64,000 bases of DNA. Origin: Candidatus Aminicenantes bacterium. GTDB taxonomy: Bacteria; Acidobacteriota; Aminicenantia; Aminicenantales; UBA8522. Numbering within the stretch: the first letter of the stretch is position 1; every line of letters starts with the position of its first letter. The DNA lies in contig JBBILQ010000005.1 of the NCBI GenBank assembly GCA_037444845.1, positions 6,185 to 70,184 of the forward strand, written 5' to 3'. Of this stretch, positions 62,706-64,000 are shown piece after piece. The notes beneath the pieces are model-generated. The model ran no database searches. It saw nothing but the letters and a program-made list of their open reading frames with translations, and was not told where the DNA came from. The position numbers were made by a program, and so were the translations under genes.

Positions 62706-63631
62706 TTGCCAAAACAGGCCGGGAAGACGTGGCCATGGTTTATATCGGAGAAACAGGAAAAGGAAACTTTATTGAATTCGTAGAATCTCTCCAGCCTCCC
62801 CTTCCCATAGAGGAAAAATGGGTTTTGACTGTTTCGACGCTGCAGGGATGCCCTGTCTGCTGCCGTTTTTGTGATGCGGGAGGATTCTACAAAGGAATTC
62901 TGACCAAAGACGAGATTATTTCCCAGATTGATTACCTGGTAGAGAGAAGATTTCCTGAGAAAAAGGTGCCTGTTAAGAAGTTCAAAATTCAGTTTGCCAG
63001 AATGGGTGAGCCTTCTTTCAACCCCGATGTCCTGGAAGTGCTTGAGTGTCTGCCTGAATTATACGATGCGCCGGGGCTTATTCCGTCCTTCTCCACCGTT
63101 GCTCCAGCAAGTCCGCATGATTTTTTCGAAAGATTGCTAAAAATAAAGAACCTAAAATATGCCAGGAGCTTTCAACTTCAGTTCTCTGTCCATTCCACAG
63201 ACGATCAGGCGAGAGACTGGCTTATCCCGGTCAAAAAGTGGAGCTTTGAAGAGATCGCAGCGTTTGGAAGGAGATTCGCCGATGGCGGAGGCAAAAAAAT
63301 AACCCTCAATTTTGCCCTGGCAGAGGGACTGCCGGTTGACCCCTGTCGGCTCTTGAAATACTTCTCCCCCGATACATTTCTGATAAAAATTACCCCCGTC
63401 AACCCGACGCTCCAGGCTGCAAGGAACCGGATTTCTTCGCTGGTTCCTCATCCTGATGGAGAGAGAATCATCTCTGACCTGAGGAAGGCCGGTTATGAAG
63501 TTATGCTCAGTATCGGAGAACTGGAAGAGAACCGTATCGGAAGCAATTGCGGGATGTATATCGCCGCCTATGAAAAGACCCGCCAGCTCACAGGCGGAAG
63601 CTATGCCTATGAGATCAAAAGATTCTCTTAA
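62696..63631 (+). CDS. RlmN/Cfr-like radical SAM enzyme, N-terminally truncated and lacking the Cys118-equivalent
   Basis: VSTLQGCPVCCRFCDAG...ILTKDEIISQ aligns with the RlmN VSSQVGCALECKFCST...NLRVSEIIGQ block. MGEPSFNP matches the MGMGEPLLN block. The C-terminal NCGMY aligns with the RlmN AACGQL methyl-carrier Cys. There is no N-terminal ~70-aa domain, and a Thr sits at the resolving-Cys position. Confidence 0.65.
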   Translation: MRIIAKTGREDVAMVYIGETGKGNFIEFVESLQPPLPIEEKWVLTVSTLQGCPVCCRFCDAGGFYKGILTKDEIISQIDYLVERRFPEKKVPVKKFKIQFARMGEPSFNPDVLEVLECLPELYDAPGLIPSFSTVAPASPHDFFERLLKIKNLKYARSFQLQFSVHSTDDQARDWLIPVKKWSFEEIAAFGRRFADGGGKKITLNFALAEGLPVDPCRLLKYFSPDTFLIKITPVNPTLQAARNRISSLVPHPDGERIISDLRKAGYEVMLSIGELEENRIGSNCGMYIAAYEKTRQLTGGSYAYEIKRFS

Positions 63632-63655
63632 AGGCTATCGGATAACGCCGCGGCT

Positions 63656-63675
63656 GAGCGGTCCAGCGCTTTTTT
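63656..63675 (+). terminator. Putative intrinsic terminator after the four-gene operon
   Basis: A GAGCG-GTCCAG-CGCT hairpin followed by TTTTTT, 25 nt after the rSAM stop. Confidence 0.4.
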
Positions 63676-63696
63676 AACAGCGAGATGAGCCTGTTT

Positions 63697-64000
63697 CTAC
63701 CCGATGCGGAGGACTTTGGCGCCGCGGATTATGCGGTTTTTGATTTCGAGCAGGGCTCTGTTCGCCTCCTCGAGCGGAAACGCCTGCACCTCAGGTTTAA
63801 TGGGAATCTTGGCCGCCAGATCCAGAAACTCGGCCACATCCGTCCTCGTCACGTTGGCCACGCTCTTGATTTCTTTTTCCATCCAGAGGTGGGCAGGATA
63901 ATCGAGTTTCAGGAGACAGTCTTTATCCGCGTCCTCCTTGCGGATGGCGTTGATAACGAGCCTTCCGCCGCTTGCCAGATTCTTCAGGGCTTCGACAACC
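63697..64000 (-). CDS. Zn-dependent alcohol dehydrogenase, C-terminal part; the gene continues beyond the window end
   Basis: Frame is open to the window edge. The C-terminus ...ANRALLEIKNRIIRGAKVLRIG is typical of medium-chain dehydrogenases. Confidence 0.6.
   Translation of the reverse strand, partial: VVEALKNLASGGRLVINAIRKEDADKDCLLKLDYPAHLWMEKEIKSVANVTRTDVAEFLDLAAKIPIKPEVQAFPLEEANRALLEIKNRIIRGAKVLRIG

Noticed and set aside
62840-62870. The CPVCCRFC motif in the rSAM protein looked at first like a non-canonical CxxCCxxC cluster
   Set aside because: Read as C1-P-V-C-C5-R-F-C8 it contains the canonical CxxxCxxC; the fourth Cys is an extra.

Overview
This 64-kb window is a gene-dense chromosomal segment of about 57% GC with no rRNA, tRNA, CRISPR or mobile-element genes, from what is most likely a strictly anaerobic or microaerotolerant Gram-negative bacterium. 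About 60 protein genes are called.

Main contents, in order along the window:
- Purine, tRNA and nucleotide housekeeping at the 5' end (purL 3' end, purN, tyrS) and a tandem two-domain ThyX-like protein.
- A CheR methyltransferase translationally coupled to a 1300-aa hybrid histidine kinase with NEEL coiled-coil repeats.
- An rtcB-archease RNA repair pair.
- A long minus-strand run of Fe-S and redox genes: amrS, nth, rubrerythrin, nadA, nifU-nifS-nfu, korAB, a PhzF-family protein.
- An oxidative-stress operon of ferritin-like protein, rubredoxin and NAD(P)H:rubredoxin oxidoreductase, with an outer-membrane beta-barrel protein translationally coupled to it.
- ftsEX, nfi, rodZ, recO, and two sensor kinase / sigma54-type regulator pairs. 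A near-consensus sigma54 promoter sits in front of a small Lys-rich ORF and glutamate dehydrogenase.
- An Oar-like TonB-dependent receptor, and an arabinose/arabinan utilisation locus (araB, araD, FucI/AraA-family isomerase, GH127 beta-L-arabinofuranosidase, a BNR-repeat protein, aldose epimerase).

Three genes missing from the six-frame ORF track were found by eye: rubredoxin (53 aa), a desulforedoxin-like 6-Cys protein (58 aa) and a 59-aa membrane protein.

The best candidate for an undescribed system is a tightly coupled four-gene operon at 60.4-63.7 kb. It encodes a WbqC-like protein, an isochorismatase-family cysteine hydrolase, a thioredoxin-reductase-fold flavoprotein with no redox CxxC, and an N-terminally truncated RlmN/Cfr-like radical SAM enzyme that lacks the resolving cysteine. 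It ends at an intrinsic terminator.

All family calls come from motifs read directly in the translations; no database search was run.
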